DNA of 64,000 bases from NCBI GenBank assembly GCA_964016885.1, contig OZ024741.1, positions 182,404,001 through 182,468,000 on the forward strand, given 5' to 3'. The translations under genes were made by a program, and so were the position numbers. This stretch comes from Eledone cirrhosa (taxonomy: Eukaryota). Positions within the stretch are counted from its first letter, which is position 1. Each line of letters begins with the position of its first letter. The notes below the pieces were generated by a model. It did not search any database. It saw only the letters and a list, made by a program, of their open reading frames with translations, and was not told where the DNA came from. This document shows positions 40,740 to 56,354 of this stretch, one piece after another.

Positions 40740-41760
40740 AATGTACTCAGTCTATCGTAGCTTTGGTGTGAATGGCTAAATCTCTGTAAAAGGTGCCTCT
40801 ACAAAAGATCAGGTTGAGAGCTACTGGAGATCTGTTTGAGAAACACACGATGGGTTCAACAAAATAAGCTGTATGGCTGAAAGAATTTGATCAGGACTTC
40901 TACTGGCATGTTCAGCAAAAACAATATGAAATAAACGGCGCAATACGGGAAACAGCTCTATAAAAAATGTGAAACAGGAAATCCCCAGGCGTGGACCTCA
41001 TAACAGGTTACTGGTTGAAGAATTTCACTTTTTATCGGCGAGATCTCATGCGGCTGTATGGAGAAATTATCAAGGGCACACAAGAACTGCCCAATGGTTA
41101 ACAACTGCCACTACTTTCCCCATTACCCAAAAAGACCTTTGCTAAATCTTATCGCCCAATAGCCAGAACACCATGTGAATTTTATACACTAGGTGCTTCA
41201 ATCTATTATTGCGGGTACATTGTGCCACCATCAACATTATAGTGGATTGGCAGTATTGGTAGAGGGTCGGACGCCATGCTTTGACGCATAGAGTTACGGC
41301 CCTTGTCATTCTGAGTTCAAATCCCGCGGAGGTTAACTTTGCCTTTCAGCCTTACGGGGTCGATAAAATAAAGTACCAGTAATTCACTGGCTGATTGCTG
41401 GCCTTGTGCCAAAAGTAGAAACAATTATAACACATAAACAAGCTGGGTGAAAGAAGTAAGTGTGGGGCTGTATAGAACAACTACTAATTAACAAAATGGA
41501 TTGGCAGTATCGGTAGAGCGTCAGACACCATGCTTTGCAGCATAGAGTCATGGCCTTTTACGTTCTGAGTTCAAATCCCGCCGAGGTTAACTTTTCCTTT
41601 CATCCTTACGGTGTCGATAAAATAAAGCACCAGTAATGCACTGGGAAAATTGCTGGCCTTGTGCCAAAAGTAGAAACAATTATTTACCATCATGCTCGGT
41701 ATAAACTATAACTGAACTTGAATTTGTGGAGAAAGAACGAAGCTCCTTAATTCATAAGAT
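40740..41760 (+). mobile_element. Old R4-clade LINE RT fragment interrupted by two SINEs
   Basis: Decayed translation KSPGVDLITGYWLKNF, YRPIA, WGCIEQLLIN. SINEs at about 41243-41428 and 41497-41683. Confidence 0.65.
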
Positions 41761-42449
41761 ACAAATGGTTGCGATATCTGGAACCTTCAAAACCTGAAAA
41801 CATCCCTACGATTCTAAGTATGAATGTTTACAAAAGAGACGTCGATAATTTTCTTTTCTTTGCATCCTTGCCACCGGGAAGATGGCTGGTCAAAAATACA
41901 TAGATTTAAGAGGAAAGGGTGAAACATATAAATATATACATGTATACATGGTATGGTCCCGTAACTCCTGATAGAGTCGTAGGGGCGCCGTATTGACATA
42001 CGGCGTTTCTTGGGCATTTTATGCCTGGCGGAGCCCCTTCCTCTCCTGATCTGAGTACAGCAGATTTCTTCCAGAGAAAGATAGAAAGTGAGAGAGAGGA
42101 AATGAAAAAGAGATATAGAGGAAAAATCGATCCCAATACTAGACTGATACTTTTTTTATCGACCTCGAAAGGATGAAAGGCAAAGTTGACCTCGACGGGA
42201 TTTGAACTCAGAGAGCAGAGAGCTGGAAGGAATATCATAAAGCATTCTATCCGACGTTCTAATGACTCTGCCAATTCGCCACCATACATACATACACACA
42301 TACATGCATACATACATACATACATACGTACATACATACATGCATACATACATACATACATACATACATACATACATACATACATACATACATACATACA
42401 TACATACATACATACATACATACATACATACATACATACATACATACAT

Positions 42450-42757
42450 ACGGACCATTGATGAGGAGTTTACAAATCCAGTATCCAAGATACACCTTTA
42501 GCTTCATACTCATCATTATTGGAGCTACGGGTTATATACCAACCCGCTTGGACCAAAGTATGACTGAACTTGGATTTGCGGACAAAAAGCGCAGCTCCCT
42601 AATTCATAGTCTACAAATGGCTGCGATAGCTGGCACCTTCAAAATTTGCAAAACATTCTTGCGATTCAAGGGATGACAATTTCTTTTCTTTTACAACTTT
42701 GCCACCAGGAAGGTGGCCGGTCAAAAAAATATACTCGAAATTAAGAGAAAGAGAAAA
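42450..42757 (+). mobile_element. R4/Dong-type LINE 3' fragment (family 1)
   Basis: LQIQYPRYTFSF..IIIGATGYIP..ICKTFLRF; same as 18582-18880; (TACA)n on both sides. Confidence 0.88.
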
Positions 42758-42787
42758 CATACATACATACATACATACATACATACA

Positions 42788-42819
<32 letters not shown>

Positions 42820-43498
42820 CGATGCAATCCGTAGAAAAGATAGCACCGATAATAAACACATTAAAAGCTACAGCAATGTGGAAGACATAATATGTACATA
42901 ATACGAAAGAGTACTGGTGGAATGTTCCAGTAAAAACCCCAATAAAATGCAGGCATAACAGACCAGATATAATGATATGGGACAGGGAGAAGACAACATG
43001 CACAGTAGTGGAAATTAGCTGCCCAGCAGATGCCAATATAATATAAAAGATTAGTGAAAAGGAGAATATTTATGCAGAACTAATGAGAAATCTGCAGATA
43101 CTCCACCCTGACTATACCTTCAGATTTATGCCTGTGATTATTGGGGCACTGGGGTATGTTAGTAACTGCCTCAATACAAATCTCTAGGCTTCACAGAAAC
43201 AGAAAGAACACAACTAGTTAGGAAATTACAAGTACAATCCATTAATGGAACAGTAAAAATATGTAAAACATTCCAAAAGTTCTGCATCTAATAACTGCAT
43301 ATACACATGTACAGATACAAAGCATATTCACATGCGCACATACAACTGAAAACATACACATCCATACCTGCACACATATGCATGCATGCATATCTACCTA
43401 GTTGATGTGTAAATTCCAATGAGAGAGTCTTGTAACTATGCTAGAAACCGACTTTCTCTCTATTGGTAAAACTTTGTGAAATTATAAAACCAGAAGAA
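42820..43498 (+). mobile_element. R4/Dong-type LINE 3' fragment (family 2)
   Basis: YWWNVPVKTPIKCRHNRPDIMIWD..VVEISCP..PVIIGALG; (TACA)n on both sides. Confidence 0.85.
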
Positions 43499-43745
43499 CA
43501 TACATACATACATACATACATACATACATACATACATACATACATACATACATACGTACGTACATAATACATACATTCATCCGAACGTACGTACGTGCTT
43601 ACATACATACACGCACACATACATACATGCAGACACGCAGACACGCAGACACGCAGACACACACACACATACATACATACATACATACATACATACATAC
43701 ATACATACATACATACATACATACATACATACATACATACATACA

Positions 43746-44323
43746 TGGTGGCTGCCAACACGTTTTCGAGTACGGCCACTACATTATATCCATGTAAGAG
43801 AATCCCTACCGATGCGCTGAACGAGTGTGACTTTTCAGTCCAGCCAGCAACTTGAAAACTCTGGTACAAACACTACACTTGTGACAATTATTGACACATA
43901 GTGCTGGGCCCATGGTACCATGTGACGACAAGTGCAGAGAGATCTCCAGATATAAAGCAATGCCTGTGCCGTGAAGCTTTTATAGTGAGCAAAGGCACTG
44001 CACAAAGCCAGTCCCACTCTCTTAACCAAGATGATATTTACCAAAAAGAAGAACAAGTCAACATCATTGGATACCATCAGGGTTGCGGGTGTTATATCAG
44101 AGTTTTCCTTCTCCTAGAATTCTGCCTTGACAAAGGCTAAGGGGTCATCTCTCCCGGTGATTTTGGATGGCCATTGACTCTTAAGAGCTCCTTTGCCCTT
44201 TGACAGGATTTGTTTTTAGTCCTGCAGGATGTCCAAATTCACCCTCCTCACCAAGAAACCTTGGTGGGCTCGCCAGTTTAGTTGCCAACGACCCGACCAT
44301 GAGACAGGTTGTACTGGGATACA
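43746..44323 (-). mobile_element. RTE derivative family A
   Basis: Near-identical to 13022-13600; (TACA)n on both sides. Confidence 0.8.
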
Positions 44324-44347
44324 TACATACATACATACATACATACA

Positions 44348-44379
<32 letters not shown>

Positions 44380-45544
44380 CGCACACATGCATACATGCAG
44401 ACACACACACCGACACATACATACAAACATACATACAGACAGATACACACATTGACACATACATACTCACATGCACTATACAGATTCACTGTACTGAAGA
44501 TGTGAAAATCTATTCAGTTGAATGCAATTTATAAGATTCATGCATGTTTGTGAACTGAATACAGTGGGTGTTATTGTTTATTTTGCTTGTTTGTCTGTTT
44601 GTGTGACAATATTTCTGTTAACCAGACGAGTTGAAATAGTGAAAGTAAAATGCGGAAGTTAACGATGAATGACCTGGCGTCAGTCCAAGACATTCTTTAG
44701 TTGGTAGTAACTATTTTGCGTAATGCTTACTATATGTTGTTTTTGTTTAACCCCGGGTTTGCTCTGAACTCGAAGCCCAATGATCAAAGGCTTTTCAAAT
44801 GTTGACTATTCAGTATTTTTTTTTTTTTTTTTGTATATCATGGACTAAATTGTCAAATATGCCATTTTTTCCAAAGACTAGGGAGTAAGTGTGGAGATTC
44901 TTCCTGCTATTTCTACCAGGCCAAGTAGTGACTGTGAGAGGTTTCCTATTGGCTGTACTCTTAATCTCGACCTGTTCCAGTGGGCCTATGATCAAAGACT
45001 TTACTAAATCTTCTTGTTTTGTATATCTTATCGAATATGTCCTTCCCTTTTTTAAGAGTTTGTGTCTTTTATTAGGTATCGCCACATCTATTTCAGCCTT
45101 GCGCTCAGTATTGGTGAATGAAAGAGAATATTGAAAAGTTGGGCCCCCATTTCACCCAAGCTGTTCGAGAGGAAAAATGATGGACGTTTGAAACTATGCA
45201 ATAGTACCCTATCCGAGGCAATATATGTCTCCATCATTCTATCATTTGACCACTCTCTATATGTCTGTTATTTTATCACGTCAGCTCCCTAATTATCTCG
45301 TTTTTACTTTATTACTTATGCGAAGTATCCCTTTATCATTCTTTGATCATTCCTTATTTCACATTCAGCTTGCCTCACTACCTATTACCAACATTCTTGC
45401 CTAACTATTAATTCTCTCCCTCTTTCTCTCCCTCCCTCTCTCTCTCTGTATCTATCTATCTCTCCTTCTCTCGCTCTCTCTCTCTGTATCTAAATATCTA
45501 TCTATCTCACCTTCTCTCTCTTTCTGTCTCTCTCTCTCTGTATG

Positions 45545-45577
<33 letters not shown>

Positions 45578-46102
45578 CCCCTTTGTATTTGTCCCCTTCT
45601 TTTGTGCCCCTGTGGCTAATAAAGAAATATATCTATCTATCTCTCCTTCTCTCTCTATTTCACTCTCCCTTCCTCCCCCTCTCTCTCTGTATCTAACTAT
45701 CTATTTATCTCTCCTTCTCTCTCTCTCTCTCTCTTTCTCTATCCTCCCCCTCCCTCCCCCCTCTCTCTTTCCCCATCTCTCACTCTCAATCTCTTACTCT
45801 CTCTCCCAGCCTTCAACTGTCTGAACAAGCAAACAAAAAGTGACATAAGCTTATATATATATGCATGTGTGCATATATGTGTGTGCATATGTGTGTATGT
45901 GTGTGTTTGTGTGTGCGCGCGCGCGTCTATATGTATGTGTTTAAATTGATATGTGTCCATATTTATATGTGTGTGTAATCGTTAATGGTAGAAAATTAAG
46001 AAAAATATGCGAATATTCCCATCGAAATGTATGTGTGTATGTATATATATGTATAGATATGATGATGGCTGCCCCCTCGTTATCGAGTATGGCCATTGCA
46101 CA

Positions 46103-46191
<89 letters not shown>

Positions 46192-46270
46192 GCAATAATA
46201 ATAATAACGACAACAACAATAATAATATACATATTCATATATATATACACACACACGCACGCACATAAGC

Positions 46271-46308
<38 letters not shown>

Positions 46309-46519
46309 GATAGCAACTAACAGTGCTGCGATCGAATGTGGCTTTTTAGCCCAGCCAATGATCCAAAATGTCTTGCACAGAGTCGGCAACCAAAACATTG
46401 CATACATACATACATACATGCATATATGTATATGCATATATATGTATATACACACACACATATACACGTATGTGTGTGCCAGTACATCTTTATACATACA
46501 CTCCCCTCACATGTATATG

Positions 46520-46593
<74 letters not shown>

Positions 46594-46626
46594 CGTGAGT
46601 GTGTGTGTGTGTGTATAGGTACATAT

Positions 46627-46658
<32 letters not shown>

Positions 46659-46757
46659 TATATACATATATATATAAATATGTGTGCGTGTGTGTGTGTG
46701 TATGTATAGATATAGGTATATATATGTATGTGTGTGTGTGTATAGGTATATATACAT

Positions 46758-46806
<49 letters not shown>

Positions 46807-46838
46807 TGTGTGTGTGTGTATGGATAGATATAGGTATA

Positions 46839-46941
<103 letters not shown>

Positions 46942-47389
46942 TGATGAAGTTGGCTAACATCTATTGCAGTCATGGTAAATTGATATGGAAAAAAAAGTAA
47001 TATTGCAGTTTTATAAGTATAATTTCCGGTAAAGTAAGATGCAACGGATTAATATTTTGAAAGTTGGATTGCATAATATAATTCTCAATACATGCTATTT
47101 CTGATTCTAATGGATATAGGCTTTGCTGTGTGGTTAAGTGGCTCGTTTTACGATCACCTGGCTCCAGGTTTGATCTCATTGCGTTACTTCTTGAGGATGA
47201 GTTTTTCTAACCTAACCTTCGATTGGCCAACTCCTTGCGACTGAAAGTGGTTAGATTGATTTTCCTTGGAGATGATTTGCCAGAAACCTTAGAGCTTTAG
47301 ATGGAAACCTTTGTGGTATTTATTCCAGCTTCTTGCCTTTTAAATTGAAATTCCGCCAAGGTCAACTTTGCCTTTCTGAAGTATTAGAG

Positions 47390-47689
47390 AAGAGGTTTCC
47401 AAACGTTTTTGGCCACCGCCCACCTCACGCCCCTAACCCTATTTCCAGAGAGACCTGCCTACATGCAAATTATAAGTAATATATAATAAATAAAATCGTT
47501 AATTTATATATAATAATATAATATATACTATGTATGAATAAACATATTTTTTTTATATTTATACATAATATGTATCATTTGATATTTAATATACTATTAT
47601 ATCATCTCTACCGTTCCCTTAGATCCCAACGCCCTCTGGACATTCTCAATGCCCTCCGGGGGTAGTAGCGCCCACTTTGAGAACCTCTA
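47390..47689. mobile_element. hAT MITE
   Basis: AGAGGTTTCCAAAC / CTTTGAGAACCTCT termini; imperfect 8-bp TSD TATTAGAG/CATTAGAA. Confidence 0.65.
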
Positions 47690-48398
47690 CATTAGAACGT
47701 TGGTATTTGTTCTGGTTCTTTACGTTCTGAGTCCAAATGAGCCGTTGCCAACTTCGGTGGTAGACTTAATATATCACTCAGTTCCAGAGTCCCACTTGAC
47801 TCTTTATATATCTTTACTGAAATATTTTTTCGTTGCAAGCTTTTGAACTATGTCATCGACTAGAGATTTACACGGGATTTTGATAAGCTACTTCCTATTC
47901 TAGCAACCAATGAGATATAGTTGTATACGCCACTCCAATCTTGCAAACCTTGAAAAGGTCATGGACGCCACCCTTCCTTCCCTTTAAACCACTTAAAATC
48001 TCAATTATAGGGTAGAATGTGCGGGGTTTTTTTTAATCAGCAATTGTTGCTGTTGTTTTTTTAAGACCTGCAGTACTATTATCAAAGACACCCGAGTTGT
48101 GAGTACCATTATCCTTTTTTCCAGCACTGTACATCAAGGCCCACATATTTTAAAAGGCAAAATAATTATTGCAAGCAAGATTTTAAAATTTTTTTTAGTG
48201 AAATAATATACTATTAAAATAATGTAATATTCAACTATTATATCTCCGGTTTTACCTCCATTTTTATTGCACATTGGTCGGCCCTAGAACGGTTCCAGTA
48301 GTATATATAAATGACAGTAAAGGTATACTCCATGTAATTCAATGTTTCTTCTGAGTTTTGGCTTGTTCTGGCCGTTAATACTTCTTGTCTCTTTACTT

Positions 48399-48439
48399 GC
48401 TCTAATGAGTCCCTATTAAAGGGACGAAACACTGTCAGC
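48399..48439 (+). ncRNA. Type I HHR motif with one core mutation
   Basis: GCT-CTAATGA-GTCCC-tattaaa-GGGAC-GAAAC-act-GTC-AGC (CTAATGA instead of CTGATGA). Confidence 0.7.
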
Positions 48440-48487
48440 TAATAAAGACTTTTGATGTATTGAAGGCTTCTTTGTTTATTTTTTATA

Positions 48488-49414
<927 letters not shown>

Positions 49415-49863
49415 AGTTAGAGAGAGAGGGAGAGAGAGAGAATAAGGGAGAAAGAGAATGGGAGTTACCAGTTTAGACTAGTAAGACCATTGTTCAGCTA
49501 AGTACTCAATACTTGGGAAAGTTGAGTATTGTAAAGAGTTAGTGCCTGACGGCTGAGCTCTTTACAATATATAAATATATATAGTAATAATAATTGTTTC
49601 TACTTTAGGTACAAGGCCAGCAATTACCCAGTGCATTACTGGTACTTTATTTTATCGACCCCGTAAGGATGAAAGGCAAAGTTAACCTCGGCGGGATTTG
49701 AACTCAGACTGTAAAGGGACGTAACTATGCTGGAAAGCATGGCGTCCGACCCTCTACCGATACTGCCAATCCACCGCCCTAATAATAATAAATGTGAAGA
49801 CTAAAATCGAAAGAGGGCTCGATAAGGATAAATATATATCAAATATATAAGAACCCTAGAGCA

Positions 49864-49993
49864 AATATTTATTAAAATAACAGATTCAAGTTTAAGCAAA
49901 GAATCGCTGCTTTCACCCTTAACGGGATCTTCAGAAGATCCCGTTAAGGGTGAAAGCAGCGATTCTTTGCTTAAACTTGAATCTGTTATTTTA

Positions 49994-50001
<8 letters not shown>
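49864..50001. repeat. Perfect ~68-bp-arm palindrome centred on an HHR-like core
   Basis: Centre TCTTC-A-GAAGA. Minus strand reads CTGAAGA-TCCC-gttaa-GGGT-GAAAGC. Confidence 0.85.
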
Positions 50002-50063
<62 letters not shown>

Positions 50064-50065
<2 letters not shown>

Positions 50066-50575
50066 TAGCAGATGTACCCGGCGTTGCTCGGGAAATGAAT
50101 GACAGCCTGTTTGTCCGTATAAAGAGAGCCAAAGGTTGAGTAAAGAATTGAAATGTAATTGTAAAAAAATGTTTAACAAAATGGGTGTACAGTGACATGA
50201 TTGAGTGAAATAAACGGCAACATAAAAACAATTCATGGGGTAGCTTGAGTTAATTGACGTGAGTAACGTCGTGCTATCAAACGTATTTCTCACAGGAATA
50301 TGCACGGTATATGTTCAGTCATGTTGACTAATGTTAGTTGCGTAGTCCAATTAGAAATCGCGACCTTCAATCGGGTGAATTGTTCAAGGTCGTTTATGGC
50401 TTAGCTAGCAATTTCTGAGTGCATGTCAGCTTATGTCAGCTAATTGGCTAGCCAATGAGAGGTCGCCTCAATAGCACGTGCCAAATCGGCCTAGTACTTC
50501 AAAAGTTAAAAGGAGCCTAGTATGTGTACACAGACAGACACACACACAGACCGACTTGCTTTTATATATAGAGAT
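50064..50575. mobile_element. Non-autonomous Helitron/Helentron (DINE-1-like) element
   Basis: ACTAGCAGATGTACCCGGCGTTGCTCGGG at one end; CAGA repeats and CTTTTATATATAGAGAT at the other. Confidence 0.7.
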
Positions 50576-52136
50576 GTGTGTGTGGGTGGGGTGGGGGGTG
50601 GGGGGTGTATCACATAAGAAACGGAGAATCAGTGTTGCGACGAATAAAATGTATTAAACATATTACAATCGTTTCTCTGGCGACCAGCTTGAGACACGAT
50701 TGGTGTAATGATCGAACCTGACTCTGAAATTGCAAGGTCCTCAGATACGTCTCGATTCTACGAAGCAGAGTTTCCAAATATATATATATATATTTGAGAA
50801 GTTGTTAGCCCTTGCTCAATTCCTCTCCATTTTTTTTATGAGAGGTACTATATATGTTTCCTTCTGTCTCTTTACATTGCCAAGCATATCCGATTTCGAG
50901 CGGTAGATGTTGGTAGATACTTGATTGGTACTTTATTTCTCGACACTGAATCGTTTAAACGCAAAGTTAACTTCGACAGGAATTGAAATCAGAGCGTAGA
51001 GAACCGTAACAAACACTTTATGACATTCTACCCAATGCTTAACGTCTCTGCCAATTCACCGCCCTTTCAATATTTGAGTTCAATGATCTACCATTATAAT
51101 GGTAATACTAAATTAGACATAATACTAGTAAAAGCAACCTAATTAAAGAAATATAAGAATATTAAAATTATCAAATATTGGGAATATAAAATAATATTCA
51201 TAATTTCGAGTTTTTTTTCATCCTTTGGATATGTCTATATATTCTGACCAAAGAATCAATAAAAGACCGAAATATTCTATCAAGAAAATTAATCTAGAAA
51301 TGAAAGAGCTACAGTGTTTTTTTATGGTTGTGGTTTATCGTATGAGGAGACGGTACTGAAGCAGTCTGGAAGTCTGGATATGTTGCTTTTCTTTTTCTCT
51401 TTTTCACTGTTCAATCTCTGAGTTGTACTTATTTAGAATGTGACTTCATCTGAGATCATGTGTTGAAAATGAAGCAATTACATCGCGTAACATCCATTTT
51501 AGCGACTTAGAAATACTCACGAAAACAGTTACAGTGTAATTGTGTCAATGACCAAGTCACAGAGGTACCACGAAAATGAAAAATGCACATAAGTTCTTTG
51601 ATGTGTATATATTACGTTTGAGTGTTTTTTTTGTTTTTTTTTTAATAGCTAAAATTACTTCTTCACAACGTTACAGTCCAATTTGTTTTTTTGTCGATGT
51701 TTGTGGAAGCCACTGTGGATGTTGATGTATCGTCTGCCGGGATAATAAATTTCCCGTTTGACACATCAATATTCCAATAGCACTGCTTCCTAGATCTTTC
51801 ATATTGTTGTTGCTGTTGTTGTTTAACAACAGATCAGCTTTGATTAAAAGAATTTCTAACAGGACAAACGACAACATAGTGACTCTGCGTTTGCATTGAT
51901 TTTACATAGAAGTCCTTGAATTTATTGCCATATACCCCATGTAGACCCCAAATGATTTTCGGCAATATATTGCAGTATATAATTTTAGCTCGACACAAAG
52001 AAGAATTTGGCTTCTTCACTCCAGAGAATAGAGAGATTTAAACTATCTACTTCTGGTTGTTATTTAGCTGTTGCAATGGCAGTGGATTAACAGAGTCGTT
52101 AGTGTATTTATTAGAAATCAATATTTAGCAGCCGGG

Positions 52137-52808
52137 GGCGGTGGATTGGCAGTATCGGTAGAGGGTCAGACACCATGCTTTCCAGCATAGTTACGTCCCT
52201 TTACGATCTGAGTTCAAATCCCGCCGAGGTTGACTTTGCCTTTCATCCTTACGGGGTCGATAAAATAAAGTACCAGTAATGCACTGGGTAATTGCTGCCC
52301 TTGTGCCTAAAATAGAAACAATTATTTAGCAGCCGAGGTTAACTTTGCCTTTCATCCTTACGGGGTCGATAAAATAAAGTATCAGTAATTATACTGGGTA
52401 ATTGCTGGCCTTGTGCCAAAAAATAGAAAATTATTTAGCAGATAGACGTTGGATTGGCAGTATCGGTAGAGGGTCGGCCGCCATGCTTTCCAGCATAGTT
52501 ACGTCTCTTTACTATCTGAGTTCAAATCCCACCGAGGTTGACTTTGCTTTTCATCCTTACGGGGTCGATAAAATAAAGTACCAGTAATGCACTGGGTAAT
52601 TGCTGGCCTTGTGCCAAAAGTAGAAACAATTATTTAGCATAGAGGGTCGGACGTCATGCTTTCCAGCATAGAGTTACGTCCCTTTGTGATCTGAGTTCAA
52701 ATCCCGCCGAGTTTAACTTTGCCTTTCATCCTTACGGGGTCGATAAAATAAAGTACCAGTAATGCACTGGGATAGTTGCTGGCCTTGTGCTAAAAGTAGA
52801 AATCATTA
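52137..52808 (+). mobile_element. Four head-to-tail SINE copies
   Basis: Repeated SINE bodies, each followed by ATTATTTAGC(A). Confidence 0.88.
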
Positions 52809-53708
52809 TTTAGCTGTTACATAGAGGCAATATTTGTTTGTACAGAACTTTCAGGATTGCTTATAGTTCACCTGCGAGATTGACACTGAGGATGTGTGAT
52901 ATACTTAAACTGTCTCCCTCATCTAACACACCAGCTGGCCATTGGACCCCTTCAGCAGAGTAGACACTATGCCAAGCATTTAGACAAGGTCTCCTAATTT
53001 AGCGTTTCGAAATCAAAGAGGTGGGTTCCGTAACCCGAGTTAAGGGTCAATTCCAGGTATAGTCAACCGAAGCCAACTGAGCTTGAAATTAAATGTATGT
53101 ATTAAAGGAGTTACAATACCGAAATACATCTTTTACATTATACCACACTATCATTATTTTATGGAAAGATTTTTTGTTGGGTGGGAATATAAGCTCCGAT
53201 GCCCCGCAGTCCTTGATAGGTAGTTCAGTTGATCAAACTAGAATACTCATCGTCTAAAAATAAATAAATGTCTTAGAATAACTTTCGCAATTCTTCTCAC
53301 CATTTAGAGAAGTTTCTGCAATTCCTTCTCTGATAATGTTATACAAAATTAATTGTTTCTACTTTAGGCACAAGGCCAGCAATTACCCAGTTCATTACTG
53401 GTACTTTATTTTAAGGATGAAAGGCAAAGTCAAACTCGGCGGGATTTGAACTCAGATCGTCAAGGGCCGTCCGACCATGGCGTCCGACCATCTACCGATA
53501 CTTCCAATCCACTATACAAAATTAATGTTATAAAATGCATATCTGCATATCTGTATATATATGCTTGTTTTCTATGTATGTGTATTTAAATAGACTAAAA
53601 ATGAATTTATTAAAAACTCAATGCTGTGAAAATTATGTTCATTAACGGTGACGAATTTACATCGAAGTTTCACCTATATTTCGAAAGTAAACAGCCCCTG
53701 TTAATGAT

Positions 53709-53788
<80 letters not shown>

Positions 53789-53847
53789 CTGTATATATAT
53801 ATATTGCTCTCTCTCCCTCTCTCTCCCTCTCTCTCTATCTCTCTATA

Positions 53848-53910
<63 letters not shown>

Positions 53911-54179
53911 TCATATATATATATGTGTGTGTGAGTGTGTGTGACTCTGTGACTGTATGTGTGTGTGTGATGGTTGTGGTGTTGGTGAGGGGAGGGATAG
54001 TGGTGGTACCAGTGGTGATACCAGTGGTGGTACCAGTGGTGGTACCAGTGGTGGTACCAGTGGTGGTACCAGTGGTTGTGATGGTTGTGATGGTTGTGGG
54101 GGTGATGATGATAATCAACATCATAGTTCCTCTGACGGTTTCGAAGTTTTTAGTTGACCTATAAACAGAATTTCCAGTT

Positions 54180-54830
54180 TCTTCTTCTTCTTCTTCTTCT
54201 TCTTCTTCTTCTTCTTCTTCTTCTTCTTCTTCTTCTTCTTCTTCTTCTTCTTCTTCTTCTTCTTCTTCTTTGCCCACATATTCCGAGGAGGGGGTCCTGT
54301 CAGAAGCAACCGTTTCAAACTGATCCGGCTGGATCCCCAAGCAAGCCCAGCCGATCCCATGGATGTTTTCCAACCATCTTGCTCGGGGTTTACCTCTGGG
54401 TCTCCTGTCGGCTGGTTTTGCTGGTAAAATCTGTCCAGCGATTCTTATACATTCTGAACACATGTCCATAGTATTTGAGCTGTGATCTCTGAATTCGGAG
54501 ACGTAGCGACTCTACTAGGAACGACTCCCTGATATCAGACCTATGCACTCTATCGAGTAAGGTTACTCCAAAGACACTTCGGAGGAACCCATTTCGGGTG
54601 CTTGTATTCGCGAAAGTATTCTTTCGCGTCTTTCGCTTTTCCTCCTACCTGCCTCCCTCTGATCACCGAATAGAGAAGTTGGCGCATTACTGCACCAGCT
54701 CCTGCAATACTTGCCCTTAATTCAGCCATCTACCTTCCAGACATCGTGAAAATGGCCCCGAGATAGTTGAACTTCTCCACCTGCTTCAATGAAACTTCAC
54801 TACACTATGCAGGTTTCCTTGAGAGAATGA
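54180..54830 (-). mobile_element. RTE LINE 3' fragment with (GAA)n tail
   Basis: VEKFNYLG..., RRPRGKPRARWLENI..ASDR, then (GAA)n. Confidence 0.8.
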
Positions 54831-55268
54831 GTGTTTCACTCTCCGCAGCACTGCTTTTCATTTTTACCGTGCAGTACTCGGCAGCAAACCAATCAAGTAT
54901 ATGTCGCTTCAATAAGAGGTGTAATGATTAAGACAAAACCTCGAGGACGACAAAATTCTTTACAGTTTAGTAACAACAAATCCTTCTTTAGCTCCTATTG
55001 TGCTCAGAGATTATCCGCCAATATTCCCTCTTCATTCCATATATATCATATCTGCTAGTATTTCCGTTGTTGTGGTGGCTTCTGTGACTTTGTCCTCTTA
55101 ACCACAGTTTTCAATTTGTCACGCCTTTAACGTATGTTTATTACTCTGAGATGAAAATTATCGATTTATCGATATCTTCTTATTGAGTTCTTCGTGCAAA
55201 GCTTCCGAATATTGTTTTTTCGAGTATGTTGGCCGATCGCTGCAACTTCGATTTTACTCACCTTCACT

Positions 55269-55309
<41 letters not shown>

Positions 55310-55344
55310 ATACTTTGGGAGGGTCATGTTGCCAATAAGAAACG

Positions 55345-55492
<148 letters not shown>

Positions 55493-55574
55493 GGGTTGTG
55501 CGTGTGTATGATGTGTATATCTATATATCTCTGTATATATGTGTGTATGTCTGAGTAAGTATCTGTTTATGTAC

Positions 55575-55619
<45 letters not shown>

Positions 55620-55703
55620 AAAGGTAAACAGAAATAACAACACAATCGGTACAGTATATGGAAGGGATATATTAGGTTAACGCTTGGTATAGTAGGAAGA
55701 GGG

Positions 55704-55739
55704 TCTTAACGTTTCAGACGCCAGTCCTTCATCAGAAGA
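55704..55739 (-). ncRNA. Minimal PLE-type HHR
   Basis: Minus strand TCTT-CTGATGA-aGGAC-tggc-GTCT-GAAACGTTA-AGA; palindromic AACGTT stem III. Confidence 0.7.
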
Positions 55740-56056
55740 TATAATTAGAAATAAGACAGATTGAGGGAACGGGCGGGATGGAATTTGAAAAAAATATCTT
55801 TAGATAAAAATAACAGGTCCATTCATGTTGACATCTCTTGCAAAACTGTAGGTGCTGGCGTTTTGTGCATGATTTATATTTTAGAAAATTGGATGATGGA
55901 GCGCGTCTACCTGAAATGGAAAAAAAAAACCGTTTTGTAAAAAGAGCTATACTTGAGCATGTGCGTAAGCATGTGTTTGTGTGTGTGTGTGTGTGAGTGT
56001 GTGTGTGTGTGTGTATGTATATGTATATATATTATATATATATATATATATTTACA

Positions 56057-56154
<98 letters not shown>

Positions 56155-56172
56155 AGTATATATGTATGTATA

Positions 56173-56203
<31 letters not shown>

Positions 56204-56284
56204 CTATACATACATACATATATATATACTATACATACATATATATATATACTATACATACATACATATATATATATATATACT

Positions 56285-56350
<66 letters not shown>

Positions 56351-56354
<4 letters not shown>

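Noticed and set aside
51500-52030. Possible decayed DNA transposase (also unassigned stretches at 26620-26960 and 44830-45240)
   Set aside because: Looks like eroded coding sequence, but I could not recognise a diagnostic motif without a search.
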